This document shows positions 30,741-40,739 of a stretch of DNA of 64,000 nt, piece by piece. Source of the DNA: a bacterium (GTDB lineage Bacteria; Patescibacteriota; Minisyncoccia; Phycocordibacterales; UBA12088). The translations under genes were made by a program, and so were the position numbers. Location of the stretch: assembly GCA_003252295.1 (NCBI GenBank), contig QKEV01000017.1, forward strand, positions 34,931 through 98,930. The letters are read 5' to 3'. Within the stretch, counting starts at the first letter, position 1, and each line of letters begins with the position of its first letter. The notes under the pieces are model-generated. The model was not told where the DNA came from, made no database searches, and saw only the letters and a program-made list of their open reading frames with translations.

Positions 30741-31343
30741 ATGAATGAAGAAACAACACAAGCAAACCTCGTACCAATGGTTATCGAAAAGAGCCAGTTT
30801 GGTGAACGAGCTTTCGACATTTACTCCCGTCTCCTCAAGGAACGTATCATATTTTTAGGAGGACCTATTGATGATTATGTTGCAAACCTTATGGTAGCTC
30901 AGCTGCTCTTCCTTGCATCAGAAGACCCAAAGAAAGACATACAGTTCTACATCAACTCAGGTGGTGGTTCTGTCACAGCTGGTCTTGCGATACTCGACAC
31001 CATGAACTTCATTAAACCTGATGTTTCAACAGTATGTGTTGGTATGGCAGCAAGCATGGCATCAGTACTCCTATCAGGAGGTGCTAAGGGAAAGCGCTTC
31101 GCTCTTCCAAACAGTGAGGTAATGATTCACCAACCATGGGGCGGTGCACAGGGTCAAGCAAGCGACATTGAGATCACTGCTCGACACATCCTTGGTACTC
31201 GTGACCGTTTGAACAAGATACTCTCTGAGAACACAGGGCAGGATATCAAGAAAATTGAAGCAGACACAGACCGCGACTTCTTCATGAGTGCACAAGAGGC
31301 AAAGAAGTACGGCATCATTGATGAAGTGTACAAGACGAAGTAA
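30741..31343 (+). CDS. clpP: ATP-dependent Clp protease proteolytic subunit
   Basis: 200 aa with the GMAASMAS active-site Ser context and a His/Asp triad. Confidence 0.9.
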   Translation: MNEETTQANLVPMVIEKSQFGERAFDIYSRLLKERIIFLGGPIDDYVANLMVAQLLFLASEDPKKDIQFYINSGGGSVTAGLAILDTMNFIKPDVSTVCVGMAASMASVLLSGGAKGKRFALPNSEVMIHQPWGGAQGQASDIEITARHILGTRDRLNKILSENTGQDIKKIEADTDRDFFMSAQEAKKYGIIDEVYKTK

Positions 31344-31373
31344 AAGAATTCTGAATATAGAGTTTAAAGAAAC

Positions 31374-31399
31374 AAAAGGAGGGCAGAAACCCTCCTTTT
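31374..31399 (+). terminator. terminator 3' of clpP
   Basis: aaaaggaggg-cagaaa-ccctcctttt perfect hairpin. The same stem recurs twice downstream of tRNA-Gly(GCC). Confidence 0.65.
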
Positions 31400-31541
31400 G
31401 TTATTGATGTGCGGTCACCCAAAGGGCATAAGAACCCGCACAGAAACAAATGTTTCACCGACCCCCTTCTTGTTCGATTCTACATCCTCAAAGCAAGTAC
31501 ACACAAAGGGTGACCAGTAGGTCACCCTTTGTGTGTACTTG
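31400..31541. repeat. degenerate tRNA-flank repeat element
   Basis: gttattgatgtgcgg...cttgttcgattctacatcc resembles the element downstream of tRNA-Gly(GCC). It is followed by the perfect hairpin cacaaagggtgacc-agta-ggtcaccctttgtg. Confidence 0.4.
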
Positions 31542-31612
31542 TGCGGGTAGGGGGAATCGAACTCCCGTCCTCTGCTTGGAAGGCAGATATTCTACCACTA
31601 AACTATACCCGC
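31542..31612 (-). tRNA. tRNA-Gly (anticodon TCC)
   Basis: Cloverleaf: acceptor gcgggta/tacccgc, anticodon stem tctgc/gcaga with loop CTTCCAA, T arm gggag-ttcgatt-ccccc. No encoded CCA. Confidence 0.8.
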
Positions 31613-31737
31613 AATGCACACTATCCTAACAGAAAAATATATTTTTTGCACTACTTGTTACCCTGCCCATCGTTTGCTACTATCCAAACTAGGTTAAGTA
31701 CAATCACAGAGAAATCACATTTTACATGGGGGTTGCT

Positions 31738-32256
31738 ATGGGAAACTACAAGCCTACCGGTTTTGCGCAAGCTGCCTTATTTCAACACGGCAAATTTCAA
31801 CGAGAACTAATGATAGGAATGCATGTCACACCTGATCAGCATGTTGACTCAATTGAAGCATACCTTGCCTTACTTGATGAAGAAGGTATGCCTACCACAC
31901 GTATCACCAAGGGAGCCATTGATGCTCTCAAAAAAGGTGAGTATAGCGGAAACACAGACGACTTCATGGTTACCTTTATCACCCCTTACGACGCTCATAT
32001 ACGTGGTTTTGTTGATCGTACAAACTTTCCTGAAAAATGTGTGAACGATTTTAGAGTGCACCTGCTCACACCAGAAGAGTTTTTACAGATCTGCACTTTC
32101 CAGCCGTATGCAAATGCTGGTATGCAGGTATTTGTTCCACTCAGGAACGGTGTGATCATTACCGCCAGCAATGACTGGCAAACACAACACATCTCTGTCT
32201 TGGGAAGTGCGGTTCTACAACTTGGACCAAAAGCGCAGTTTATGTTCAAGATGTAA
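31738..32256 (+). CDS. hypothetical protein
   Basis: Starts at MGNYKPTG, preceded by GGGGG 6 nt upstream. No recognisable motif. Confidence 0.4.
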   Translation: MGNYKPTGFAQAALFQHGKFQRELMIGMHVTPDQHVDSIEAYLALLDEEGMPTTRITKGAIDALKKGEYSGNTDDFMVTFITPYDAHIRGFVDRTNFPEKCVNDFRVHLLTPEEFLQICTFQPYANAGMQVFVPLRNGVIITASNDWQTQHISVLGSAVLQLGPKAQFMFKM

Positions 32257-32387
32257 ACTTTTCCAGTCCCAGCTTTCATGAGCTGGGACTGTTCCATGGT
32301 ATACGTAGTAACCTTTGCAAAATAGCTTTTTTGCTTTATAACAGAGCAAGGAAAGAATGGTTAAAAAAACAACCTTGAGGGGGACAT

Positions 32388-32768
32388 ATGGCAACTGACA
32401 GTACAAAAATGATGATACTGAATGAAGTGAGTAGCATACTGCGAAGATTTGATACTGAGAACAAACTACAAGCTATCTATTGTGAGAGATTGGGAGCAAA
32501 ACGCACTGTTTACCATGTTGAGAATCTATCACAGCAGATAGCCACAAGACTTCAGCAATTACACACCGGCACTGCTTTGTTTTTGTTTGAAGCGTCATCT
32601 TCATCTATTGATGTACTGCACGCTTCTGATGCATACGAAGAACAAATAATGCTCTCAAATCTTGCCAAGGAGTTTGGACTAGAAGACTTCATACTCATCG
32701 ACTTTGACGCAAGAGAGAGTCAACAGCAACTTGAAACAAGGATACGAAGTGCATTACAAGCAAGTTAA
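32388..32768 (+). CDS. hypothetical protein
   Basis: 126 aa. Strong SD (gagggggacatATG). Confidence 0.45.
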   Translation: MATDSTKMMILNEVSSILRRFDTENKLQAIYCERLGAKRTVYHVENLSQQIATRLQQLHTGTALFLFEASSSSIDVLHASDAYEEQIMLSNLAKEFGLEDFILIDFDARESQQQLETRIRSALQAS

Positions 32769-32785
32769 AAACCACAGTAAAAGGT

Positions 32786-32811
32786 AACCCCGGCTCGTGA
32801 GAGTCGGGGTT
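32786..32811 (+). terminator. terminator
   Basis: aaccccggctc-gtga-gagtcggggtt hairpin 3' of the preceding gene. Confidence 0.5.
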
Positions 32812-33261
32812 ATGTATGTTTACCGCACGCTTGGTACGGGAATGGCAAGTGGTGTAGATGAGCTGATGCTCTCTTCGACCGAAACGAGTGCGGTCTGCGT
32901 AGTATCAAATGCAACAATGAGGGTGTCCTCAAAACTTGCAAAGACCTGTGCCATTAAACTTTGAAGAACTAGGATGCCAATCCCTAGTCCTATCGCGCGA
33001 TTTATCCTCATGATAGGAAAATGTTGCGAGAAGGCTGGATTGGCAAAAGAGCCAAAGATCCCTGGTAAATCACCTCCTCTGAGCTAACTGCAACCTTTGT
33101 TGCCACCAGTTCAAAAGAGACGATATGTTTTAGCTACTGCTGATTATACATTAGTTATTAAATAAAGTCAAGAATGAGTGTATCTACATTGGTATCCAGA
33201 TAACACAAACACCTGCCCGAACATATCGCTCTGACAGGTGTTATACGTTTATACATACCAC

Positions 33262-34239
33262 TTAACGAGAAATTTCCTTGCATGTTCGACTAAGCTTCTT
33301 GAAAAAATCTGGATCAACAGAGAGGTTAAAATTTCTCTTGAGTAGATTGTTGACATGCCCTGGTTCATTCCAACCCTCCGGAAGACATAGCATATCCAAC
33401 TTCTTCCAATGGATGATTGAAAATAGTGCTTCTTTTTCTGAACTGTCTATGTGCAGTGCCTTAAAGATATACCTTAAGCGGGCAAGGTCAGGTGACGCGT
33501 AATCCCAGTATGGGCTATACATATCAAGTAATAGTTTTTCAATGGGATGAAATCCATCCAAGGCACCTATGCAGTCATTTGCATACTCTACAAATACTGG
33601 TTCTGGAACTTCTACTACAATATCTGCGTCATTTCCGACCCCCATTTTTACAACACTGCCATACAGATATACCTTCAGCAGATGCTCAGGGTTTGCACAC
33701 TCGTACAACAATCTAACGTATTTATCTACCTGTCTCCCGTCCACTCTTCCTGTACACACACCATCACGGCATACATCTTCCCACAACTCACAGGGTTTCA
33801 CCTCATCAACACGAGCACAATCCACAGCAACCATTTCACCTTTCTCGACAGACTGCCAAGGAAATTCCCTCTTGAGCACCTGCTCTGAGTAGTATGATGG
33901 GAAATCTCGTGCATACTCAAGGTGCGTAACCAAAACCAACACATCACATGTATCAGCGTAGGTATTAACCATACCCAAAACTTCATCAAGGTCTTCAGGA
34001 TGATCTCTGTCAGACCATAAACGTTCACACTTTTCAAAAACTCCTTTCGTGAGTCCTGAAGCAAGAACATTAGCGCTTTGAGCTGCACGAACTGCAGAAG
34101 AACTCAAGATGCGTACCACACCTTCCCCTGCAATACGGGCAATCATTTTAACCAGATCCTTCATTTGGCAAACTCCGTACTCACTCAGATTCAAGTTTGA
34201 GTCATACTCGCCATGTCGTACAATAATCATTTTTTTCAT
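33262..34239 (-). CDS. fusion protein: SixA-like histidine phosphatase + Pol-beta-type nucleotidyltransferase domain
   Basis: The N-terminal ~140 aa carry IVRHGE (RHG motif) and a later VTHLE His, as in branch-1 histidine phosphatases and SixA. The C-terminal half carries YLYGSVVKMGVGNDADIVVEVP, a G[SG]...DxD minimal NTase motif. Confidence 0.55.
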   Translation of the reverse strand: MKKMIIVRHGEYDSNLNLSEYGVCQMKDLVKMIARIAGEGVVRILSSSAVRAAQSANVLASGLTKGVFEKCERLWSDRDHPEDLDEVLGMVNTYADTCDVLVLVTHLEYARDFPSYYSEQVLKREFPWQSVEKGEMVAVDCARVDEVKPCELWEDVCRDGVCTGRVDGRQVDKYVRLLYECANPEHLLKVYLYGSVVKMGVGNDADIVVEVPEPVFVEYANDCIGALDGFHPIEKLLLDMYSPYWDYASPDLARLRYIFKALHIDSSEKEALFSIIHWKKLDMLCLPEGWNEPGHVNNLLKRNFNLSVDPDFFKKLSRTCKEISR

Positions 34240-34418
34240 TTTGTTCTCCTCTAGAGCTGTAGTATGTTTTTGACCTATTTTCTGGCACTAAACTACAACA
34301 TGGTTGTATACATGTAAAGATATACCCTCCACTTCAAAGTGAACCTGATAAAATATATGTAAATAAACCGACTTACTGACAACAGGTAAGTCGGTTTTGT
34401 TATGCACAACTGTAAAAA

Positions 34419-35831
34419 CTACGCATTCATTTCTATGATTTCTTTCACCTTCTGTGGATCAGGATCAACTTCTATGTACTTCTGTGGCAGATCCTCAATA
34501 CCTACTAGTGACGCTGGTCGGGGTGCTTTTACACCGAGGTTTTTCTCAACATCAATGTCAAACTTACATGGCTGAGCTGTCACAGGAATGAGTATAGGAA
34601 CACCATCCTCTCTCTTTCTGTTAGCAGCACAAACCCCAACCGAGGTGTGCGGATCCAGCATGTAGTCATCTGACTTGTAAACATCTTGCATTGTCTGGAA
34701 ACACTCACCCTCGCTTACACGCTCTGACGAAAAACCCTCATCACGCATCGTTTGCAACAGGTCAGAAATATCGTACTCACCCTCATGTTTCAAATTGTCA
34801 TACAGAGTACGCACCCTTTCTGAATCACCATTTGTGAGTAGGTGCACGTACCGTTCAAAGTTCGACGCTCCTTGAATATCCATAGAAGGACTTGCAGTTA
34901 CTATCACTTCTTTACTCGGTCTGTATATCCCTGTCTGAGTAACACGGTGTAGCATATCATTACTGTTTGTCGCAGCGGTGATGTACCGTATTGGAGCACC
35001 CATCCTCTTTGCAATAATGCAGGAAATAGTATTACCAAAATTGCCCGCTCCTATCGCAACATCAACAAAATCACGTCTCACATCTTTTACAACATGAGTA
35101 GACGCATAGATGTAGTAGACAACTTGAGCTGCAACACGCGCCCAGTTAATAGAGTTTACAGCACCCAAGTTGTACTTTTGCTTGAACTCAGCATCACCAA
35201 ATATAGATTTCACAACAGCTTGTCCATCATCAAACGTACCATGTATGGCAATGTTAAACACCTGATCAGAAATAACACTGCACATTTGTGCTGCCTGTAG
35301 CGGACTTGTCCTCCCCAAGGGGTGAAGCATAAATATTTTTATACCCTTCCGTCCCAAAACACCATGAATAGCAGCAGAGCCAGTATCACCTGATGTTGCG
35401 CCAAGAATATTGAGCGATTTCCCACATAAGACATACTCGAAGAGCAAACCTAGCAACTGCAAAGCAACATCCTTGAATGATAGTGTCGGACCGTTTGAAA
35501 TTTCGAGTAGGTATCTATCTTTCGATAGTTCACGTATTGGCATTACAGCACTATTATTACCATCTATAGCATTTGTAAATACTCTTGGATTATATACCTC
35601 CTGAATCATTTTACGTATTGCACGTGTTGCAATCTCAGGCGCAAAAGCACGCAAAACACAGAAAGCAACATCCGCACAGTTCATCCGAGAAAAAGCTCGC
35701 AAATTTGCCTCAGAAAACACAGGAATCCTTGAAGGCATAAAAAGCCCTCCATCACTGGCAAGGCCAGTTAGCACAGTTCCTGAGAAATTAGTTTTGTCAG
35801 CAAAACCACGCGTTGATATGTAATTCATCAC
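34419..35831 (-). CDS. thrC: threonine synthase
   Basis: 470 aa. PLP-lysine block SFKD and a glycine-rich GNFGN PLP-phosphate loop. Length and organisation of the long-form ThrC. Confidence 0.8.
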   Translation of the reverse strand: MMNYISTRGFADKTNFSGTVLTGLASDGGLFMPSRIPVFSEANLRAFSRMNCADVAFCVLRAFAPEIATRAIRKMIQEVYNPRVFTNAIDGNNSAVMPIRELSKDRYLLEISNGPTLSFKDVALQLLGLLFEYVLCGKSLNILGATSGDTGSAAIHGVLGRKGIKIFMLHPLGRTSPLQAAQMCSVISDQVFNIAIHGTFDDGQAVVKSIFGDAEFKQKYNLGAVNSINWARVAAQVVYYIYASTHVVKDVRRDFVDVAIGAGNFGNTISCIIAKRMGAPIRYITAATNSNDMLHRVTQTGIYRPSKEVIVTASPSMDIQGASNFERYVHLLTNGDSERVRTLYDNLKHEGEYDISDLLQTMRDEGFSSERVSEGECFQTMQDVYKSDDYMLDPHTSVGVCAANRKREDGVPILIPVTAQPCKFDIDVEKNLGVKAPRPASLVGIEDLPQKYIEVDPDPQKVKEIIEMNA

Positions 35832-35982
35832 CAGTATTCCTCCTCTATTGAATGAAACAACAAGTTGTACTTATTTTCTGATAGACATACTACACAACAA
35901 AACACACCATAACAACCGTTTTCATATCTTATGCTTATCTATAAATCTCGCAGTGTCTTTGGAAAAAGAGTATTCTATACGA

Positions 35983-37110
35983 ATGGAACCACTTGCTAAC
36001 AAAGCACGACCACAAACACTCGATGAGTACGTTGGACAGACGCATCTCGTAGGTGAAAAGGGTCCTATTCGCGAGGCAATAGACAAGAAACACCTGTTTT
36101 CCTTTGTGCTTTGGGGACCTCCCGGTGTTGGCAAGACCACACTTGCTCGTATCTACGCAAACGCTCTCGATGCAAACCTTTTTGAGCTCTCTGCAGTAAG
36201 TGCCGGAAAAGCTGATATAAAAAAGCTTGCTGATGATCAACACTTCAACAATAAAGTACTCTTCCTGGACGAAATACATCGCTTCAACAAAGCACAGCAG
36301 GACTTCCTCTTACCACACGTTGAAAGCGGTAATCTCACCCTCATAGGCGCAACCACCGAAAACCCTAGCTTTGAAGTCATTCCTGCACTACTCTCACGAT
36401 GCAGGGTATATACTTTAAAAGAGCTTTCTGACGAAAATATCGTCGAAATTTTGAAAAGAACCAAAATAAAACTCTCAAAAAAGGCACTGGAATGGATAGT
36501 TAACCGTGCAAACGGTGACGCTCGACAAGCACTTGCCATACTCGACAATGCCTACAACCTGTACGGCAGTGTTACCGTTGAAAACCTCGAGAGTTCCCTA
36601 CAGGATAAGCGCCTTCGCTACGATAAGCATGCAGAAGAACATCACAACACCATAAGTGCCTATATAAAGAGCATGCGGGCAAGTGACCCGGATGCAGCAC
36701 TCTACTACCTCGCCAGAATGATAGCTGCGGGAGAGGATCCAAAGTACATAGCTCGAAGAATGGTCATTTTCGCGAGCGAGGACGTGGGACTTGCCCAACC
36801 AACAGCACTAGTTGTGGCAAACGAGGTATTTCGTGCAGTCGAGACGGTTGGCCTACCTGAATGCCGTATCAACCTTGCCCATGGCACCGTCTACCTAGCG
36901 CAAGCAAAAAAAGACCGCAGGGCTTATGATGGTATCAACTCAGCACTCCAAGATGTCGAAAATTTCGGCAATTTACCTGTACCAAAACACCTTAGGAATG
37001 CTCCCACAAAGCTTATGCAAGATGAAGGGTATGGAGAAGGGTACGAAATGTACCCAGAAAAAAAGGACGGTTTGCCAGAAAAACTTAAGCACCGTAGATA
37101 CCTTACATAA
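35983..37110 (+). CDS. rarA: recombination factor RarA/MgsA (AAA+ ATPase)
   Basis: Walker [10 protein letters not shown], Walker [10 protein letters not shown], sensor-1 GATTENPS, arginine finger SRC, and the MgsA C-terminal helical domains. Start set at the ATG at 35983 (MEPLANK). Confidence 0.85.
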   Translation: MEPLANKARPQTLDEYVGQTHLVGEKGPIREAIDKKHLFSFVLWGPPGVGKTTLARIYANALDANLFELSAVSAGKADIKKLADDQHFNNKVLFLDEIHRFNKAQQDFLLPHVESGNLTLIGATTENPSFEVIPALLSRCRVYTLKELSDENIVEILKRTKIKLSKKALEWIVNRANGDARQALAILDNAYNLYGSVTVENLESSLQDKRLRYDKHAEEHHNTISAYIKSMRASDPDAALYYLARMIAAGEDPKYIARRMVIFASEDVGLAQPTALVVANEVFRAVETVGLPECRINLAHGTVYLAQAKKDRRAYDGINSALQDVENFGNLPVPKHLRNAPTKLMQDEGYGEGYEMYPEKKDGLPEKLKHRRYLT

Positions 37111-37216
37111 TTGACAATTATCTCCTGTATTATATTGTTGAAAAAGTTACTGCTGTGGTTTAAGGGTAGCAAAACTACCCAGAAATAGATCAATAATCCT
37201 GTTAAGGAGGTATACT

Positions 37217-37417
37217 GTGAGATATACACTCGTAGATTCAAAATGTCCTGGTGGTTTGTGTGTTAATTGCCGTATACCTATTATACTGAAGGGCAAACAC
37301 GCTGATACTCCCGTCAGAACTGAAGATGGAAAATGGGGCTGCACACAGCACTGTGCAACTGTCCACAATATTAAACACTGCGGTACCCCAGACCACGTAA
37401 AGGGGAAAGCACGATGA
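37217..37417 (+). CDS. small Cys/His-rich protein (possible zinc ribbon)
   Basis: 66 aa with a GTG start 7 nt after a perfect AAGGAGG. Contains C10, C15, C18, C42, C46, C55 and five His. The long opposite-strand ORF has no RBS. Confidence 0.5.
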   Translation: MRYTLVDSKCPGGLCVNCRIPIILKGKHADTPVRTEDGKWGCTQHCATVHNIKHCGTPDHVKGKAR

Positions 37418-37551
37418 GTTTTCAACTCTCTTTTCTCCACAAGCGCTACCTCCCCAAGGTGGCGCTTACTAGCTACATGTATTGACATATGCACCTCCTC
37501 ATATATTCTCCCCATAGGAAAACAAACTGACACTCAGACAAGGAGAACACC

Positions 37552-37887
37552 ATGGCATGGAAAAAAGGAACCGTAATACAGGATGATGCTGTTTTTTGGA
37601 CAATCTACGAAGGTGTGAACAGGTTAAGGAGAGTTGGTAACGTTGGTGGAAGATGGTACTACCTCCTCTTCACCACGGAGGGACGTGCTAGAAAATACTA
37701 TGATGCCAAGCCAAAAACCTTTTGCTCATTCAAGCAAAAGGTTGTTGATGCAATATCTTGGAAAGATTTACTTGCACTTACAAGTGCAGAAAGATTTCCT
37801 GATCAGGTTGCTGTTGTAAACCTCAAGCCTGAGGATGACAGTATCGAACCAAAAAATGTTGTTCGCCTTGAGTGTAAGCAGCTCTAA
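37552..37887 (+). CDS. hypothetical protein
   Basis: 111 aa. SD aaggaga. Followed by a terminator. Confidence 0.5.
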   Translation: MAWKKGTVIQDDAVFWTIYEGVNRLRRVGNVGGRWYYLLFTTEGRARKYYDAKPKTFCSFKQKVVDAISWKDLLALTSAERFPDQVAVVNLKPEDDSIEPKNVVRLECKQL

Positions 37888-37893
37888 CTCTCT

Positions 37894-37917
37894 TAAGCCC
37901 GTGTTTACACGGGCTTA
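37894..37917 (+). terminator. terminator
   Basis: taagcccgtg-ttta-cacgggctta hairpin. Confidence 0.55.
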
Positions 37918-38147
37918 CCTTGTATTTGACACAGTATCTACATGGGTTTACTATTTACCTACATATGAATTTCAGCGCAACGTTTTATTTTTGGTATCAG
38001 CTTTCCCGAAGAAGGTTGATTTTTGCGTTGGCTCGAAACTAAGAGAAACAGGACTCCAACTCAGACACCAGCTTTCTTCACAAGCTGGATTTTTTGTTCT
38101 TTAGAGGAAGTTCTTTCACATAACCAATACTTGAAGAGGTGAAAACA

Positions 38148-39404
38148 ATGCCTAAAATTCTGTCTATTAAAGCAGAATACGACGTAACAGTAGCCGACCT
38201 TATCAGTCTGCATAGAAGCGGGTATTCAGTGTTCCGTACATCACATGCTGGAAACTGGAGCTCATACAAGCTGCTTTTATCACAACTTGGCCTTCCTGAC
38301 TGTGTTTGGGATGTCACATGCATGCATGAGGACATCAAAAATCAACCACAAAAACAGTTTCTCGCAGGAGACACTATGTCTCTCCTCGATGAACCACCAG
38401 AAAAACCGATAAACGGTGAAAAACATCTCAGTTTATACCAACGATGCTGTAATGGCACTCACACTCTCTCTTCGTATCATCTTGAGCCACTAAAAAAACT
38501 CTACGGTAACGTAGTGTGTACACAGTCCGAGCTCCTGCTTGAAGAAGAAGAAAGATTAAAAAGAGTTTTCGCAGTGGTACAAAAATATGCACCAGAAATG
38601 ATCGGTAGATACATTCTACCCTGCGGTTGTATGGTAAACCTCAACCAAGTCTCACAAGATACGTATAAAGCTAGATGCAAACACCACACCGCTACTGTAC
38701 AAAAAGATGATCTTGCGGCTTCAGCAATCAGCACTTTGCACGAACTCAGGATACTTGCACTCAACCCAAAAGGGTACATACCCAAAGGCGGCGCTCTGTA
38801 CTCTTTCAACCTTGTAGTTGCAAGCTTTCTACTCTGGTCATTCTGGAAGTTTGGTGATAAACCGATCTATATGCTTTCAGGACCAGACATGATTGGGTAT
38901 GCCACAAAGGAAAGCTTTATCCGCAGTGTAGAGAATGTACTTACCCTCGTTGCTCAACATAGTCCTGACCTGATTCCAAGCAATGTCGATCTACGTGTCG
39001 TTCCAGCAACACTCTTTTGTTTCGGCTACCCAAGCGGGGATACTGCCGCAGAACAGGTGATGAAGGTTCATGATGAGATTATCAACCTTCAAAACATACT
39101 GTTTGCAAGCGGACGTGTTGATCCAAAAAAACCCAGTATGCTGCCTAAAAGGGCACTGCTCAAGGCAAATGATAAGATTGAAGAGCTTGCAAAAATGCTA
39201 CAAATGAGCGGCGTTACCTGGAACATTTTCATCAATCCTGCTAAGGATGTGTTCTTCTCTCAGCATGACCTCGAACACACCGGTAGAAGGATGACTGTGG
39301 ATGAAAAGTACCTCAACATGCCTTTTCGTTACATTGAGAAAACATTGACATCACTTCAGAAAGTAGAACAACTGCTCATTTCGCAGTTTTGTTCAAAAAA
39401 CTAG
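38148..39404 (+). CDS. hypothetical protein with Cys cluster (CCNGTH...CGC...CKHH)
   Basis: 418 aa from the ATG at 38148 (GAGGTG SD). No recognisable family. A cysteine-rich patch spans residues ~100-190. Confidence 0.45.
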   Translation: MPKILSIKAEYDVTVADLISLHRSGYSVFRTSHAGNWSSYKLLLSQLGLPDCVWDVTCMHEDIKNQPQKQFLAGDTMSLLDEPPEKPINGEKHLSLYQRCCNGTHTLSSYHLEPLKKLYGNVVCTQSELLLEEEERLKRVFAVVQKYAPEMIGRYILPCGCMVNLNQVSQDTYKARCKHHTATVQKDDLAASAISTLHELRILALNPKGYIPKGGALYSFNLVVASFLLWSFWKFGDKPIYMLSGPDMIGYATKESFIRSVENVLTLVAQHSPDLIPSNVDLRVVPATLFCFGYPSGDTAAEQVMKVHDEIINLQNILFASGRVDPKKPSMLPKRALLKANDKIEELAKMLQMSGVTWNIFINPAKDVFFSQHDLEHTGRRMTVDEKYLNMPFRYIEKTLTSLQKVEQLLISQFCSKN

Positions 39405-39458
39405 TGTACATGCTACACTGAAGGGGGCACATACCATGTAGCCCCCTTTCATTTTTTT

Positions 39459-40397
39459 ATGACACCGATAATAGACCTACATCAAGATCTTCTGCTCTAC
39501 GTTACACGTCCTGAACTATACAATGACACAGAACAGACAAACTTTGAGAAAATAAAAGAAAACAACCTTAAAGTGGTAACTGCTTCGGCTTTTCCTGTAC
39601 CACAAAACGAGGATTTTCTTCACGCATCTCTTCCACTCTTCATTGAAGAAGACCTAAAAGTATACATTAGTTATGTAAGAGAACACCCTGAATGGAAGAT
39701 CATTACAAATACTGATGAACTAGAAAAAACATTACAAGAAAAGGGCACTTTTGGACTTATCCTACACATAGAAGGATTAAATGTATTTGATACAGAAACC
39801 GGATGGGAAACGCTGCAACGTTGGTACGATATGGGTCTCCGCTCTATTGGTCCTGTGTGGAACGTAAAAAACCCTTTCGGTGGCGGAACAAAAGAGCTTG
39901 AGCTGGGCCTTACACCACTTGGTACAGAACTTATAGAGTGGTGCGAGAAAAAAGGACTCCTCTTTGACTGTGCACACATGAACGAAAAAACGTTTTGGGA
40001 TACAGCAAAAACCAGCAGACGTCCACTACTCGTAAGTCATGGAAATGCATCACATATTTGCCCTTCTCCACGCAACTATACAGATGAGCAACTCAAGGCT
40101 ATAGGAAAAAGTGGTGGTGTTATAGGAATATTCCTTTCGAAAAAGTTCATTACAGACAAAACAGAAGCGACTCTTGAGGACATTACTGCCCACATACTAC
40201 ATATTAAAGATGTAGCAGGAGAAGACGCTGTTGCCTTGGGCACTGATTTTGGCGGTATTCTCTCTGGATTTGTTGAAGGCATGGAAACAGTAGACGCTTT
40301 ACCAAATTTCCTCAAACAATTTAAAGTATCGTTTCGTGAAAAACTTGCATACAAAAATGCCCTCAGGATACAACACTCACACGTCTCATCTTCATAA
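39459..40397 (+). CDS. membrane dipeptidase (peptidase M19 family)
   Basis: N-terminal IIDLHQD, a central HIEG block, DCAHMNEKTFWD and a C-terminal GTDFGG. These match the M19 renal-dipeptidase-family metal ligands. Confidence 0.6.
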   Translation: MTPIIDLHQDLLLYVTRPELYNDTEQTNFEKIKENNLKVVTASAFPVPQNEDFLHASLPLFIEEDLKVYISYVREHPEWKIITNTDELEKTLQEKGTFGLILHIEGLNVFDTETGWETLQRWYDMGLRSIGPVWNVKNPFGGGTKELELGLTPLGTELIEWCEKKGLLFDCAHMNEKTFWDTAKTSRRPLLVSHGNASHICPSPRNYTDEQLKAIGKSGGVIGIFLSKKFITDKTEATLEDITAHILHIKDVAGEDAVALGTDFGGILSGFVEGMETVDALPNFLKQFKVSFREKLAYKNALRIQHSHVSSS

Positions 40398-40400
40398 CAC

Positions 40401-40425
40401 AAAACCCGCCTAGTGGGCGGGTTTT
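40401..40425. terminator. bidirectional terminator (convergent M19 / hup)
   Basis: aaaacccgcc-tagt-gggcgggtttt hairpin. Confidence 0.6.
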
Positions 40426-40449
40426 GTTTTGTATCGTAAAAACTAAGAT

Positions 40450-40722
40450 TTATCGAACTGCATCCTTTAGACCCTTTGCTGCGCGGAACTTTGGTACGCG
40501 CATAGCCTCGATCTGAATGGTCTCTCCTGTGCGAGGGTTACGTCCCTGTCGTGCTGGACGCATCTTTGTTGAAAAGATACCAAGTCCTGCGATTGACACC
40601 TCATCACCTGCTCGAAGAGCATCAACGATAGAGTCGATAGTGGTCTCAACTGCACGCTCAGCGTCAGCTTTTGTACCACCAAGTACACCGTGTACCTTCT
40701 CAATGATTTCTGCTTTATTCAT
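40450..40722 (-). CDS. hup: DNA-binding protein HU
   Basis: 90 aa. The MNKAEII...GLGIFSTKMRPARQGRNPRTGE...VPKFRAAKGLKDAV beta-arm pattern. Confidence 0.9.
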   Translation of the reverse strand: MNKAEIIEKVHGVLGGTKADAERAVETTIDSIVDALRAGDEVSIAGLGIFSTKMRPARQGRNPRTGETIQIEAMRVPKFRAAKGLKDAVR

Positions 40723-40739
40723 AAAATGCAAAATTACTT

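Noticed and set aside
32820-33011. 63-aa ORF (minus) in a ~490-bp gap
   Set aside because: The ATG has no Shine-Dalgarno site, and the nearby GGAGGTGA is out of frame. I left the 32770..33260 gap unannotated.
37147-37533. 128-aa ORF on the minus strand
   Set aside because: It has no RBS and is antisense to a 66-aa ORF that has a perfect AAGGAGG-7nt-GTG initiation region. It also overlaps the rarA terminator region. I judged the plus-strand small gene to be real.
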